From Candidatus Fervidifonticultor sextus (GTDB lineage: Bacteria; Sysuimicrobiota; Sysuimicrobiia; Sysuimicrobiales; Humicultoraceae), in assembly GCA_031459875.1 (NCBI GenBank), contig JAVKHQ010000020.1, positions 1 through 55,962 on the forward strand: a stretch of 55,962 nucleotides of DNA, in the 5' to 3' direction. This document shows positions 39,434 to 48,666 of the stretch, piece by piece. Within the stretch, counting starts at the first letter, position 1. Each line of letters opens with the position of its first letter. A model generated the notes under the pieces. It ran no database searches and was not told the origin of the DNA. It saw only the letters and a program-made list of their open reading frames with translations. Both the position numbers and the translations under genes were made by a program.

Positions 39434-40627
39434 TCAGGCCCGGGGAAGCGCCACCGGCACGTGCTCGACGTACTTCATCCCCGCGCCCGTGATCAGCAGC
39501 AACACCCGGTCCTCCGAGCCGATCGCCCCCCGCCCGCGCAAGTGCGGCAGCGCCGCCACCGTGGCCGCTGCCTCGGGCGCCGCGAACACCCCCTCGGAGG
39601 ACGCCAGGTCCCGCATGGCCGCCAGGATCTCGCCGTCGGTCACCGCCAGGGCGATCCCGCCGCTGTCCCGCACGGCCTGGAGCATCAGGTAGTCGCCGAT
39701 GGCCGCGGGCACGCGCAGGCCAGTGGCGATGGTGTGGGGGCGCTCCACCGGCTCGGCGTGGGTCTTGCCCTGCTCAAAGGCGCGGACAATGGGCGCGCAG
39801 CCGGCTGCCTGCACCGCGATCATCCGGGGTCGCGGCGGTCTGACCCACCCCAGTTCGACCATCTCGCCCACGGCCTTCCAGATGCCGACGAGCCCGGTGC
39901 CGCCGCCGGCCGGGTAGACGATCACATCGGGCAGATTCCAGTCCAGGGCCTCGGCGATCTCATAGCCCATGGTCTTCTTGCCCTCGACGCGGTAGGGCTC
40001 GCGGAGGGTGGAGAGGTCGAACCAGCCGCGCTGGGGGGCCAGCGTGCGCACCACCCGCCCGGCGTCGTGGATGAGCCCGTCGATGCTGTAGACGTGCGCG
40101 CCGTAGGCGACGCACTCGGCCTTGTTGATGATCGGTGTGTCCTCTGGCATCACGATGTGGGCCTCCAGCCCGCCGCGCGCCGCGTAGGCGGCCAGCGCCG
40201 CGCCGGCGTTCCCCGCGGTCGGCATCGCCACGGCCCGCACGCCGAGTTCCCGCGCGCGCGAGACCGCAGCGCACAGGCCGCGCGCCTTGAAGGTCCCGGT
40301 GGGGTTCTTCCCCTCGTCCTTCAACCACAGCGTCCGGAGGCCGTACCGGCCGGCCAGGCGCGATGCCTCCAGGATCGGAGTCATCCCCTCGCCGAGACTC
40401 ACGATACTCGCCGGATCGCGGATCGGGAGCACCTCGTGATACCGCCACATGTCTGGACGCCGGTCGCGCAACGCCTCGCGAGGCAGTGCGCGCTTCAGGC
40501 CATCCAGGTCGTAGCGCGCGTAGAGCACCTTGCCGCACTCGGAGCACGTGCCCGCAAGCCGGTCCGCGTCGAACCGGGTGCCGCATACGGTACACTCCAG
40601 GTGGCTCAGGAAGCTGAAGGCCATCAC
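39434..40627 (-). CDS. thrC: Threonine synthase (PLP type II)
   Basis: CxxC..CxxC, NPTGTFKARG, TAGNAG, EGKKT, GGGTG. Confidence 0.88.
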   Translation of the reverse strand: MMAFSFLSHLECTVCGTRFDADRLAGTCSECGKVLYARYDLDGLKRALPREALRDRRPDMWRYHEVLPIRDPASIVSLGEGMTPILEASRLAGRYGLRTLWLKDEGKNPTGTFKARGLCAAVSRARELGVRAVAMPTAGNAGAALAAYAARGGLEAHIVMPEDTPIINKAECVAYGAHVYSIDGLIHDAGRVVRTLAPQRGWFDLSTLREPYRVEGKKTMGYEIAEALDWNLPDVIVYPAGGGTGLVGIWKAVGEMVELGWVRPPRPRMIAVQAAGCAPIVRAFEQGKTHAEPVERPHTIATGLRVPAAIGDYLMLQAVRDSGGIALAVTDGEILAAMRDLASSEGVFAAPEAAATVAALPHLRGRGAIGSEDRVLLLITGAGMKYVEHVPVALPRA

Positions 40628-41031
40628 CGTGCTGGGGGAACCAGCGTGAATCCCTGCTCCACAAAATGTTCATCGAACGCAAACGCCTGTAGCACCCCGC
40701 GCAGGCGCATCAGCTCAAAACTCACCCAATCGACCAGGCTGACATCGCGCCGGCCGGCGGCAAGGAGGGCCGTCATCGCCATGTCATGCAGGCGCTCTTC
40801 CACCCACACGACGTCGAGCACAGGAATGACATCGTCCCTCAGGACGCGCACTGCAGGCGGACCCAGACGTCGCTGAGTGAGGGCAACGGTTTCGACCAGC
40901 ACGTAACTGTGTGTGACCAGGGGGACACGCTGCTCGATGAAGTCCTGCCAGCCCGCGGCCGCCGGGGCGTGAAATCCGTCGTCGCGGTCCAGGATCGCGT
41001 ACAGCCCAGAGGTATCAACGAAGGTGCTCAT
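40624..41031 (-). CDS. vapC: PIN-domain toxin
   Basis: FVDTS, VLVET, SLVD..SF, FAFDEHF..GF. Confidence 0.92.
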   Translation of the reverse strand: MSTFVDTSGLYAILDRDDGFHAPAAAGWQDFIEQRVPLVTHSYVLVETVALTQRRLGPPAVRVLRDDVIPVLDVVWVEERLHDMAMTALLAAGRRDVSLVDWVSFELMRLRGVLQAFAFDEHFVEQGFTLVPPAR

Positions 41032-41281
41032 GGTGAGACTGGTAGGCTGCTTCCAGGTACTCATCGTGCTTCACACTGATGTCGCGGTGGCCGGAGGCGA
41101 AACGTCCCACCGCCTGAATCGCGCGGCGCCGGCGTTCTTCCCACGGGATATCGCCGGCGGATCGCACCAAGACGTCGACTGCCTCGCGGATCAACTCGGC
41201 CATGGAGACACCGCGCTCAGCCGCCAGCTCCCGCAACCGGCGCATCTGCCCTTCGGTGAGCTGTACTTGGGTGCGTTTCAT
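41015..41281 (-). CDS. vapB: Ribbon-helix-helix (CopG) antitoxin
   Basis: MKRTQVQL, GVSMAELIREAV, S..HDEYL; overlaps vapC. Confidence 0.9.
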   Translation of the reverse strand: MKRTQVQLTEGQMRRLRELAAERGVSMAELIREAVDVLVRSAGDIPWEERRRRAIQAVGRFASGHRDISVKHDEYLEAAYQSHHEHLR

Positions 41282-41300
41282 GAGCAAACTACCCGGCGCC

Positions 41301-41331
41301 TGATACCATCATGTTGTTTCATATGTTATCA
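41301..41331. promoter_or_regulatory. Inverted-repeat operator in the vapB/dinB divergent promoter
   Basis: TGATACCAT (41301) and ATGTTATCA (41323) form an 8/9 inverted repeat in an AT-rich tract. Confidence 0.6.
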
Positions 41332-41387
41332 TAGTGCATAAAGACCGACACGTCGACTGGGGATTGCCGGATGCTGGGGGTGTTCTC

Positions 41388-41864
41388 ATGACCGTCAAGG
41401 AGTTGCTGCTGGACCACCTCGCATGCACCTTCGAGAAAGAGACCTGGCAGCCGCCCCTGTCGATGGCCGTCGATGGGCTCACAGCGAAACAGGCCGCCTG
41501 GAAACCGTCGCCGGAGCGCCACTCGATCTGGCAGATCGTGCGGCACATCATCCTCTGGAAGCAGGGTGTCCTGGACGCCTGGGACGGCCGCGTGCCCGAC
41601 GAGGGGTCGCTCGAGCGCGCCGACTGGCAGGAAGTCTCGGGCGACGACGCGGCCTGGCACGCAGACGTGCGAATGCTGCACGAGGTCACGCGGAAGCTCA
41701 AAGAGCGGGTGCAGGCGCTGGATGACGCAGGCCTGGGCCGCATGACACCGACGTACAGGGGCTACCCGGATCAGCCGGTCGCGGTCCGGATTGCACGGAT
41801 GGCGACCCACGACATCTACCACGCGGGGCAGATCCGGTACCTGCGTGCGCTGCAGGGAGTGTGA
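41388..41864 (+). CDS. DinB family protein
   Basis: HSIWQIVRH and HDIYHAGQI. Confidence 0.9.
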   Translation: MTVKELLLDHLACTFEKETWQPPLSMAVDGLTAKQAAWKPSPERHSIWQIVRHIILWKQGVLDAWDGRVPDEGSLERADWQEVSGDDAAWHADVRMLHEVTRKLKERVQALDDAGLGRMTPTYRGYPDQPVAVRIARMATHDIYHAGQIRYLRALQGV

Positions 41865-42340
41865 TAGCCTAAGCGCGCCAGTGCCTCGGGCAGCACGCGC
41901 CCCGTCGCCTGATGCGGTGCCGCGATCCCCAACACAGACGCCGGGATCGCATGCCGGCTGCGAGGGGTCTGGGGTACCAGCCGATCAGTGCAATAATGAG
42001 AGAAGTGCCGCGACCCGTGGAATTCTCATCCGTCACCCTCGATTGTACGGAGGAACCCTATCGACCTTCGAAGCATGCTGCTCTATGGCCTGAACGCCAC
42101 GCATAGACGGGCCCGCCTGTGCGTGGAGGATCTTGACGAGGATGAGGCACGGCGTTCGCCGACCGGCGGCCTCAGCCCCGTCGTGAAGAACAACGCCGGA
42201 CGAACAGGCTTCGGGATTTCATCGCCGGGTCGGCCATGAGGATGGCGAACACCGCCAGCGGATGGGCCACCGCCAGTACCGCGATCCGCAGCAGTGCGGC
42301 GCGAGAGTCCTCCCTGGCTCCCAGGCGGCGCCACCCACGG

Positions 42341-43837
42341 TCACTTCCCGCCGGCCGGGGTCGCCGCCGCCTCCGCGCGGGCCGCCGCGAGTTGGGCGAT
42401 GCGGCCGCGCGGGGCCAGGGCGGTGGCCGCGAGCCCCGCCGCGGCGGTGACGAAGGCAATGATGAAGACCCCCCGGATCGCGCCGGCGAGGGCGGTCCGC
42501 AGGACGGCATCAAGCCCCGCCGCCGCCGACGTGCGGACCAGTGGGTCGAGCAACCGGTTCAGGGAGACCGCCGCGGGATCGGTGCCTGCGGCGGCCAGGG
42601 CGCCGGCCAGACGCAGGCTGAGGACCAGTCCCATCACGCTGACGCCCACGGCGCCTCCGATGCTGCGCATGAACTGCAGCGTCGAGGTCGCGGTGCCCAG
42701 ATCGTGCCGGGCGACGGCGGTCTGCACGGCGATCATCAACGACGGCACCGAGAGCCCCATCCCGATCCCCATCAGCGCCAGGCTGGCCAGCAGGAACCCG
42801 TGGCCGGTCTGCTCGCCGATCTGCGCCATGAGGAAGGTGCCGATCGTCAGCGACGCCATCCCGGTCACCGCCACCAGCCGGTAGCCGACGACCAGCAGCA
42901 GCCGGCTGCCGATGATGCTGGCGGTCACCCACCCGAGCATCAGCGGCATGAGTGTGGCACCGGCGGCGGTGGCGCTGGCCCCCATCACCGCCTGCACGAA
43001 GAGCGGCACGAAGGCGACCCCACCGAACACGGCACACCCCGCGAGCACGCCGTGGGCGCTGGCGGCGGCAAAGAGCCGGTCGTGGAACAGGCGCAGCGGC
43101 AGGACCGGATCGACGGCGGCCCGCTCCACGCGCCACAGCAGCGCCAACGCACCCGCCGCAAGGACCAACAGCAGGCGCCCCGCCGTCGTGCGCACCTCGA
43201 ACAGTCCCAGCAGCAGCGCCGCCACGCCCATCGACAGGAGGATCGCCCCGGCGTAATCGACCGAGACGGCGCCGGCCGGGCGCGCCTCGTCTACCCAGAC
43301 GAACCAGATGAGCGCCGCCGCCAGCAGCCCGGGCACGAGGTTGATGTAGAAGATCCACCGCCAGGAGACCTGGTCCACCAAAAAGCCGCCGAGCAGCGGG
43401 CCGACGATGGACGAGATGCCCCACACGCCGGCGAAGACCCCCTGAATCCTGGCACGCTGCTCGAAACTGAACAACGCGCCGACGATGACGAACGCCAGCG
43501 GCAGGACCCCTCCGGCGCCCAGGCCCTGCACGATGCGGAAGGCGATGAGCTGAGCCATGCTCTGGGCCAGACCGCACAGCAGCGACCCGGCCAGGAACAA
43601 CCCCATCGCCACCAGGTAGACCGGCCGCCGACCGTACAGGTCGGAGAGCTTGCCGAAGATCGGAACGGTAGCCGTGGCGGCCAGCATGTAGGCCGAGAAC
43701 ACCCAGCTGTAGATATCCAGGCCGCCGAGCTGGCCCACGATGGTCGGCATCCCGGTGGCGACCACGGTGGCCTCCATGGAGGCCAAAAAGAGGCTCAGCA
43801 TGACGCCCAGCGTGATCAGGACCTTGGAACGGTTCAC
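42341..43837 (-). CDS. MFS multidrug transporter (DHA2/EmrB type)
   Basis: GKLSDLYGRR, RIVQGLGAG, WRWIFYIN. Confidence 0.92.
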   Translation of the reverse strand: MNRSKVLITLGVMLSLFLASMEATVVATGMPTIVGQLGGLDIYSWVFSAYMLAATATVPIFGKLSDLYGRRPVYLVAMGLFLAGSLLCGLAQSMAQLIAFRIVQGLGAGGVLPLAFVIVGALFSFEQRARIQGVFAGVWGISSIVGPLLGGFLVDQVSWRWIFYINLVPGLLAAALIWFVWVDEARPAGAVSVDYAGAILLSMGVAALLLGLFEVRTTAGRLLLVLAAGALALLWRVERAAVDPVLPLRLFHDRLFAAASAHGVLAGCAVFGGVAFVPLFVQAVMGASATAAGATLMPLMLGWVTASIIGSRLLLVVGYRLVAVTGMASLTIGTFLMAQIGEQTGHGFLLASLALMGIGMGLSVPSLMIAVQTAVARHDLGTATSTLQFMRSIGGAVGVSVMGLVLSLRLAGALAAAGTDPAAVSLNRLLDPLVRTSAAAGLDAVLRTALAGAIRGVFIIAFVTAAAGLAATALAPRGRIAQLAAARAEAAATPAGGK

Positions 43838-45021
43838 CCGACGACCTCGCGGAACACCCTCAGGAAGTTCAGGCCCAACAGTTTGCGAAGCTCCGCTTCG
43901 TCAAACCCCCACCGCGCCAGAGCGATCGTCAGGTTGGGCCAGTCACCGAAGTTCGTATAGCCGGTCAGGCGGTAGTCCGGCGTGAGGCGGTGCTCCTCAC
44001 GGCGGAACCCCGTCCAATCGAACGCCCCCGGGCGAGACAGCGGCATCGTCTCCGGGTAGGCAACCAGGGAGTCGGTGCCGGGGCCGGGGCCGGCCTTGTC
44101 GGTGCCGATCCCGACGTGGTCGATCCCGCAGACGTTGACTAAGTGCTCGACGTGACGGCAGAAGTCGTCGAGGGTGACCTCCCGAGCCTCGGAGAGAAAC
44201 CCGGGGATGACCACCACCCCGAAGAACCCGCCGCGGTCCGCCACCGCCCTGGCCAGTTCGTCGCTCTTCCCGCGGTCGTGGTAGCAGATGGCCTTGCTGC
44301 TCGAGTGGGAAATGACGATCGGGGCGCTGGACACTTTCAAGGCATCCCATCCCACCTGCTCGCTGCAGTGGCTGACATCGACCAGGATCCTGGCCTCGTT
44401 GAGGCGCCTGACCACCTCGCGGCCGAAGTGGGACAGCCCACCCTGATACGCCTCGGTGCAGCCGTCGCCGACCAGGTTACGCAGGTTGTAGGTGAGCTGC
44501 ACCATGCGCACGCCGAGGTCGCGAAAGACGTCCACCCTGTCCAGGTCGTCGCCGAACGGCGTGGTGTTCTGAAAGTCCAGAACCAGCCCCCACGTCCCGT
44601 CGCGGTGGACCCGCTCGATGTCCGCCGCCCTGCGCACCAGGGTCAGGTCGCCCCCCAGGGCGTCGACGTAGGCGTACGCCTCTGCGATCCGTCGGGAGGC
44701 CTGCTCGAACGCATCGCCGGGCCGCATCCCTCCCGAGTAGGTCCCGCAGGCCACGGTGACGCCAGACGTCCGCCACAGCTCCCGATACGCGCGGCGGGCC
44801 TCCTCGGAGGTCTGGAGTTCGCGGACCGCCATCGCCGCCATCAGCGGCTCCACCTCGTCCCGCGCCCTCCCCTGGAGGGCGGCCTCGGCCAGCGCCGTCC
44901 GCATCTTCTCCGTGAACAGGAACCCGCGGGTCACCGGCGGTTGCTGCGCGTCGATGACCAGCGCCTCTGTGTGGAGCCGACGGGCCTCCTCGGGGGTCAG
45001 GCTTGGGGTCGGGCGCCTCAT
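43834..45021 (-). CDS. Membrane dipeptidase (M19) family protein
   Basis: QLTYN, VDVSH, ISHS, HVGIGTD, LGLNFLR. Confidence 0.85.
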   Translation of the reverse strand: MRRPTPSLTPEEARRLHTEALVIDAQQPPVTRGFLFTEKMRTALAEAALQGRARDEVEPLMAAMAVRELQTSEEARRAYRELWRTSGVTVACGTYSGGMRPGDAFEQASRRIAEAYAYVDALGGDLTLVRRAADIERVHRDGTWGLVLDFQNTTPFGDDLDRVDVFRDLGVRMVQLTYNLRNLVGDGCTEAYQGGLSHFGREVVRRLNEARILVDVSHCSEQVGWDALKVSSAPIVISHSSSKAICYHDRGKSDELARAVADRGGFFGVVVIPGFLSEAREVTLDDFCRHVEHLVNVCGIDHVGIGTDKAGPGPGTDSLVAYPETMPLSRPGAFDWTGFRREEHRLTPDYRLTGYTNFGDWPNLTIALARWGFDEAELRKLLGLNFLRVFREVVG

Positions 45022-45794
45022 ATGAGCCTCCACTGGGACAGCAGGTCGCTCCCATCCACCCGGCCTTCGGCTCTGAGCTTCAGCAGGTGCGCATAGACCG
45101 ACCGCGCGGCCAGCGGATGAAGGGACGGGGGCACATCAGTATAGATGCGCGACACCAGGTCGGGAATCCTGGCGGGTCCCTGCCGCAGGGCCTCCAGGAT
45201 CTGTTGCTCGCGCATCCGCCGGTGTGCCAGGTACTCTGCGATGACCGCGGCGGGCTCATCGAGGGGCTCCCCGTGCCCGGGGTAGATCCGCGCGATGGCG
45301 CGCTGCCGCAGCCGCTCCAGGGAGCGGAGGTAGGCCGCCATATCGCCGTCGGGCGGAGCGATGACCACGGTCGAACCGCTCATGATCAGGTCCCCGGAGA
45401 ACAGCGCCTGCTCCTCCCGAAGGAAGAAGCACACATGGTCGGAGGCGTGTCCGGGCGTGTGGATGACCTCCACCGTCGCGCTCCCCCGGACCAGGACTTC
45501 CCCGTCGTGCAGCGTGAGCGGGTAGGCCAGCACCGACGCCCCCGTCGCCCGCGCCAGATGCGCGGCCCCCGGTGCGTGGTCCGGGTGGGAGTGGGTGAGG
45601 AGGATCCGGCTGACCCTCTCGCGGCCCAGGGCCGCCATGATGGCCTCGATGTGCCGGGGGTCGTCGGGGCCGGGGTCGATGACCGTCACCTCGCCGGTCC
45701 CGACCAGGTACGTGTTCGTCCCGGGGCCGGTCATAGGAGAGGGGTTGGGGGCGGTGACCCGGCGAATGAGGGCAGAGAGCCGCCTCGCGAGCAT
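45018..45794 (-). CDS. MBL-fold hydrolase (LACTB2-like, C-terminal winged helix)
   Basis: NPSPMTGPGTNTY, THSHPDH, TPGHASDH, PGHG. Confidence 0.92.
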   Translation of the reverse strand: MLARRLSALIRRVTAPNPSPMTGPGTNTYLVGTGEVTVIDPGPDDPRHIEAIMAALGRERVSRILLTHSHPDHAPGAAHLARATGASVLAYPLTLHDGEVLVRGSATVEVIHTPGHASDHVCFFLREEQALFSGDLIMSGSTVVIAPPDGDMAAYLRSLERLRQRAIARIYPGHGEPLDEPAAVIAEYLAHRRMREQQILEALRQGPARIPDLVSRIYTDVPPSLHPLAARSVYAHLLKLRAEGRVDGSDLLSQWRLI

Positions 45795-45866
45795 TGTGTT
45801 TCCTCCAGACGAGAGTTACGGCCTGATGTCTAAAGTGTCCGGCATCTGGGAAGATACCCAGCGAAG

Positions 45867-45948
45867 CCTCCGATAAAGGCAAACCCGCCGCGAGGTGGGG
45901 ACGCAAAGCCACAGGACCCCTCTGGGGTCGGCTGGGTTGCCGAAGAGG
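45867..45948 (+). ncRNA. Cyclic di-GMP class I (GEMM-I) riboswitch aptamer
   Basis: GGCAAACCCGCC-GCGA-GGTGGGGACGCAAAGCCACAGG..GGTCGGCTGGGTTGCCGA matches the GEMM-I consensus; upstream of an HD-GYP gene. Confidence 0.92.
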
Positions 45949-45986
45949 GTTTCGTTGCCAGCGGCGAAATCCTCTTGCTTCTTTTT
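45943..45986 (+). terminator. Intrinsic terminator (riboswitch expression platform)
   Basis: 15-bp stem AAGAGGGTTTCGTTG/CGGCGAAATCCTCTT followed by GCTTCTTTTT. Confidence 0.85.
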
Positions 45987-46008
45987 GGCCCGCAGAGGGG
46001 GATGCGCA

Positions 46009-46602
46009 ATGACCGTCGAGAGCATGCTCGCCGAAGCCACCGGACTCGTTGACGTCCAGTGCCCGTGGCCGGAGGGGCATCCACGGCGTGTGGCCGGATA
46101 CTGTGCCCACCTGGCTTCGGCGGCTGCTCTCGACGGGATCGCCACGGCGACCCTCGTCAAGGCCGCCCTCCTCCACGAAATCGGCAAACTGGGTATCTCC
46201 GAGCAGGTCCTGCGCAAGGCCGACCGGCTGACCCAGGAGGAGTACGCGGAGGTCAAACGTCACCCCGTCCTGGGCGCCGAGATGTGCCGGCCGCTCCCTG
46301 ACGGCGAGGCCATCGCGGCAATCGTCCGCAGTCACCACGAACACTGGAACGGCGAAGGCTACCCCGATGGTCTGGCCGGGGAGGCGATCCCGCTCGGCGC
46401 CCGGATCCTGGCCATCGCCGACGCCTATGACACCCTGACGATGGACCGACCGTGGCGGCCGGCCTACACGCCGGAGGAGGCGCTGCAGATCCTCTGGTTT
46501 GGGGCCGACACCCAGTGGGACCCCCGGCTGGTCGAACTGTTCGATCGGGTGGCGCGCTCGCGGTTCCTGACGGGCGCCCCGGTCTCCGGCAGCGCCGCCT
46601 AG
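46009..46602 (+). CDS. Stand-alone HD-GYP domain protein with HE in place of HD
   Basis: GHPRRVA, LLHEIGK, HHEHWNGEGYPDG, ADAYD; RBS GAGGGGG. Confidence 0.9.
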   Translation: MTVESMLAEATGLVDVQCPWPEGHPRRVAGYCAHLASAAALDGIATATLVKAALLHEIGKLGISEQVLRKADRLTQEEYAEVKRHPVLGAEMCRPLPDGEAIAAIVRSHHEHWNGEGYPDGLAGEAIPLGARILAIADAYDTLTMDRPWRPAYTPEEALQILWFGADTQWDPRLVELFDRVARSRFLTGAPVSGSAA

Positions 46603-46605
46603 CGC

Positions 46606-47316
46606 CTACTCCAACCGCTCCAACAGCGCCCTGGCCTCTCGGGCTGCCGCGCTGGTCGGATCCAGTTCGACAGCGCGCTCCAGGGCCTGCCGTGCCTCCG
46701 TGAGCCGGCCGGCCTTCCACGCCGCCCGTCCCATCCAGAGGTGCGCGCTGGCGGAGCCCGGCATCACCGCGGCGGCCTGCCTGAAGCGGCCGATGGCGGG
46801 CCCGTACCAGCCCGTCGAATAGAGCTGGTAGCCCTCGCGCATCAGCTTCTCGAAGTACTTCCGGGGGGGATGCGTGGGCCCGTCAGCGGCCGGTGACGGT
46901 GTGACCCTCGGTGCGGGACGAGGCCGCGCCCGGGGCACCGGTGTGGGTGTGGCGCGGGCGGAGGCCGGCCGGCTCGATGGAGTCTCCACCTTCCGGGTGG
47001 GTTCGACGTGGCGGGCGGGTCCGACCTTGGGGACGGTGGCTTTGAAGACGGGGCCACCCGCCGACGGCGCAGAGACCGGCAGCCCCGGTGCCGCGCGCTT
47101 ATCGGCCCGGATCTGCGCCACCGGAGCCTGCTGGATCAACCTGGCAAACGCGTCCAGGGGCCCGGGGCCGGCGGCCAGGAAGCCCAGGACGATCAGCGCG
47201 CCCGCGAACTGGACAGAGAGGACCCAGGCAGGCGCCGTCCTCGCACAACGCCGCCTCTCGGCGTCCGGCCCGTCACCCTGCCGCGTCCCCATCGCTTCAG
47301 AGAGGGTTCTTCCCAT
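46606..47316 (-). CDS. Membrane-anchored protein with Pro-rich linker and C-terminal TPR
   Basis: One TM helix, P/A/T-rich linker, AHLWMG..A..ALERAVELDP; start uncertain. Confidence 0.7.
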   Translation of the reverse strand: MGRTLSEAMGTRQGDGPDAERRRCARTAPAWVLSVQFAGALIVLGFLAAGPGPLDAFARLIQQAPVAQIRADKRAAPGLPVSAPSAGGPVFKATVPKVGPARHVEPTRKVETPSSRPASARATPTPVPRARPRPAPRVTPSPAADGPTHPPRKYFEKLMREGYQLYSTGWYGPAIGRFRQAAAVMPGSASAHLWMGRAAWKAGRLTEARQALERAVELDPTSAAAREARALLERLE

Positions 47317-47345
47317 CTTCGTCAGGCGGGAGTCCTGCTCGGGGC

Positions 47346-48575
47346 CTACCGGAGGACCCGACCCGGCAACGCGAAGGCGGCAGCGGCCAGGTCCGCGATG
47401 TGCCGGCCGATGGCCAGCGAGGCCGTGGCCGCCGGCGAGGGCGCGTTCAGCACGTGGATGGCGCGCGGTGCCTGCACGATGTGGAAGTCGTCCAGCAGCC
47501 GGCCGTCGGGGGCGACCGCCTGGGCCCGTACCCCGGCCCCGCCGCGGGTCACATCCTCCGGGCGGAGATCGGGGACCAGGCGCTGGAGGGCCCGGACGAA
47601 CGCTCTGCGGGACAGCGACCGGTAGACTTCGGAGAGCCCCGTCTGCCAGTAGCGAGCGGCCATGCGCCAGAAGCCGGGAAAGGCCAGGGTCGCCGCGATG
47701 TCGGCGGGCCGGATGTGTCGCCACGAGTACCCTTCTCGGGCCAGCGCCAGCACGGCGTTGGGCCCGGCTTCCACCTCGCCGGAGACGGTCCGTGTGAAGT
47801 GCACCCCCAAAAACGGAACCTCCGGATCAGGAACCGGATAGATCAGCCCGCGCACCAGATCCCGGCGCTGTGGGCGCAGCAGGTAGTACTCTCCCCGGAA
47901 TGGGACGATGCGGACCTCGGGTGTGATCCCGGTCATCTGCGCGATGCGGTCGGCGTGCAGGCCTGCGCAGTTGATCACCCAGCGCGAACGGATTTCGCCT
48001 CCGCCCGCCTGCACGACGAACCCGTCGGCAGACGGCCTGATGGCCGTCACCGGGGTGGCGGTCCGGATCGAGGCGCCGCGCTGCCGCGCCGCCTCGGCCA
48101 GGGCCCGGGCGACCCGGCGAAAATCCACGCTGGCGGTGTGCGGAGCGTAGAGTGCCCGCAGGCCCGCTGCGTGCGGCTCGATCTCGCGCAGGCGCTCGGG
48201 GCCGATCATCTCGAGCCCTTCGACGCCGTTGGCCCGGCCGCGCTCGTACAGATCATCCAGGCGCGGCAGCGCGCGGGCGTCGGTGGCGACGATGACCTTG
48301 CCCCACTCCGCGACGGGGATCCCCCACTCATGGCAAAATGCGCGCAGCCACCGCCTGCCGTCTGCGCACAGGCGGGCCTTGGCCGAACCGGGACGGTAGT
48401 AGATGCCGGAGTGAATCACCCCGCTGTTGTGCCCGGTCTGGTGCATGCCGACCTCGGGTTCCTTCTCGAGCACGGCCACGCGGAGGTCCGGATGCCGCGC
48501 GGTCAGGGCCGCCGCGGTGGCCAGCCCGACGATGCCGCCGCCAATGATGATCAGGTCGACCGGGTGGTCCTCCAT
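47346..48575 (-). CDS. lhgO: L-2-hydroxyglutarate oxidase
   Basis: HQTGHNSGVIHSGIYY, YPVPDP, FLGVHFT, NAPSPAATASL. Confidence 0.93.
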   Translation of the reverse strand: MEDHPVDLIIIGGGIVGLATAAALTARHPDLRVAVLEKEPEVGMHQTGHNSGVIHSGIYYRPGSAKARLCADGRRWLRAFCHEWGIPVAEWGKVIVATDARALPRLDDLYERGRANGVEGLEMIGPERLREIEPHAAGLRALYAPHTASVDFRRVARALAEAARQRGASIRTATPVTAIRPSADGFVVQAGGGEIRSRWVINCAGLHADRIAQMTGITPEVRIVPFRGEYYLLRPQRRDLVRGLIYPVPDPEVPFLGVHFTRTVSGEVEAGPNAVLALAREGYSWRHIRPADIAATLAFPGFWRMAARYWQTGLSEVYRSLSRRAFVRALQRLVPDLRPEDVTRGGAGVRAQAVAPDGRLLDDFHIVQAPRAIHVLNAPSPAATASLAIGRHIADLAAAAFALPGRVLR

Positions 48576-48666
48576 GGACGTCAGCCCCCTACACCTTCGG
48601 ACGGCGGAGAGGACAGCCCTGCCACGGCAGGAGTCGGCCGGCCCGCCGCCCAACGGTAGCGGGACC

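Noticed and set aside
45867..45948. 3'3'-cGAMP (GEMM-Ib) specificity
   Set aside because: The discriminator nucleotide is G, not A
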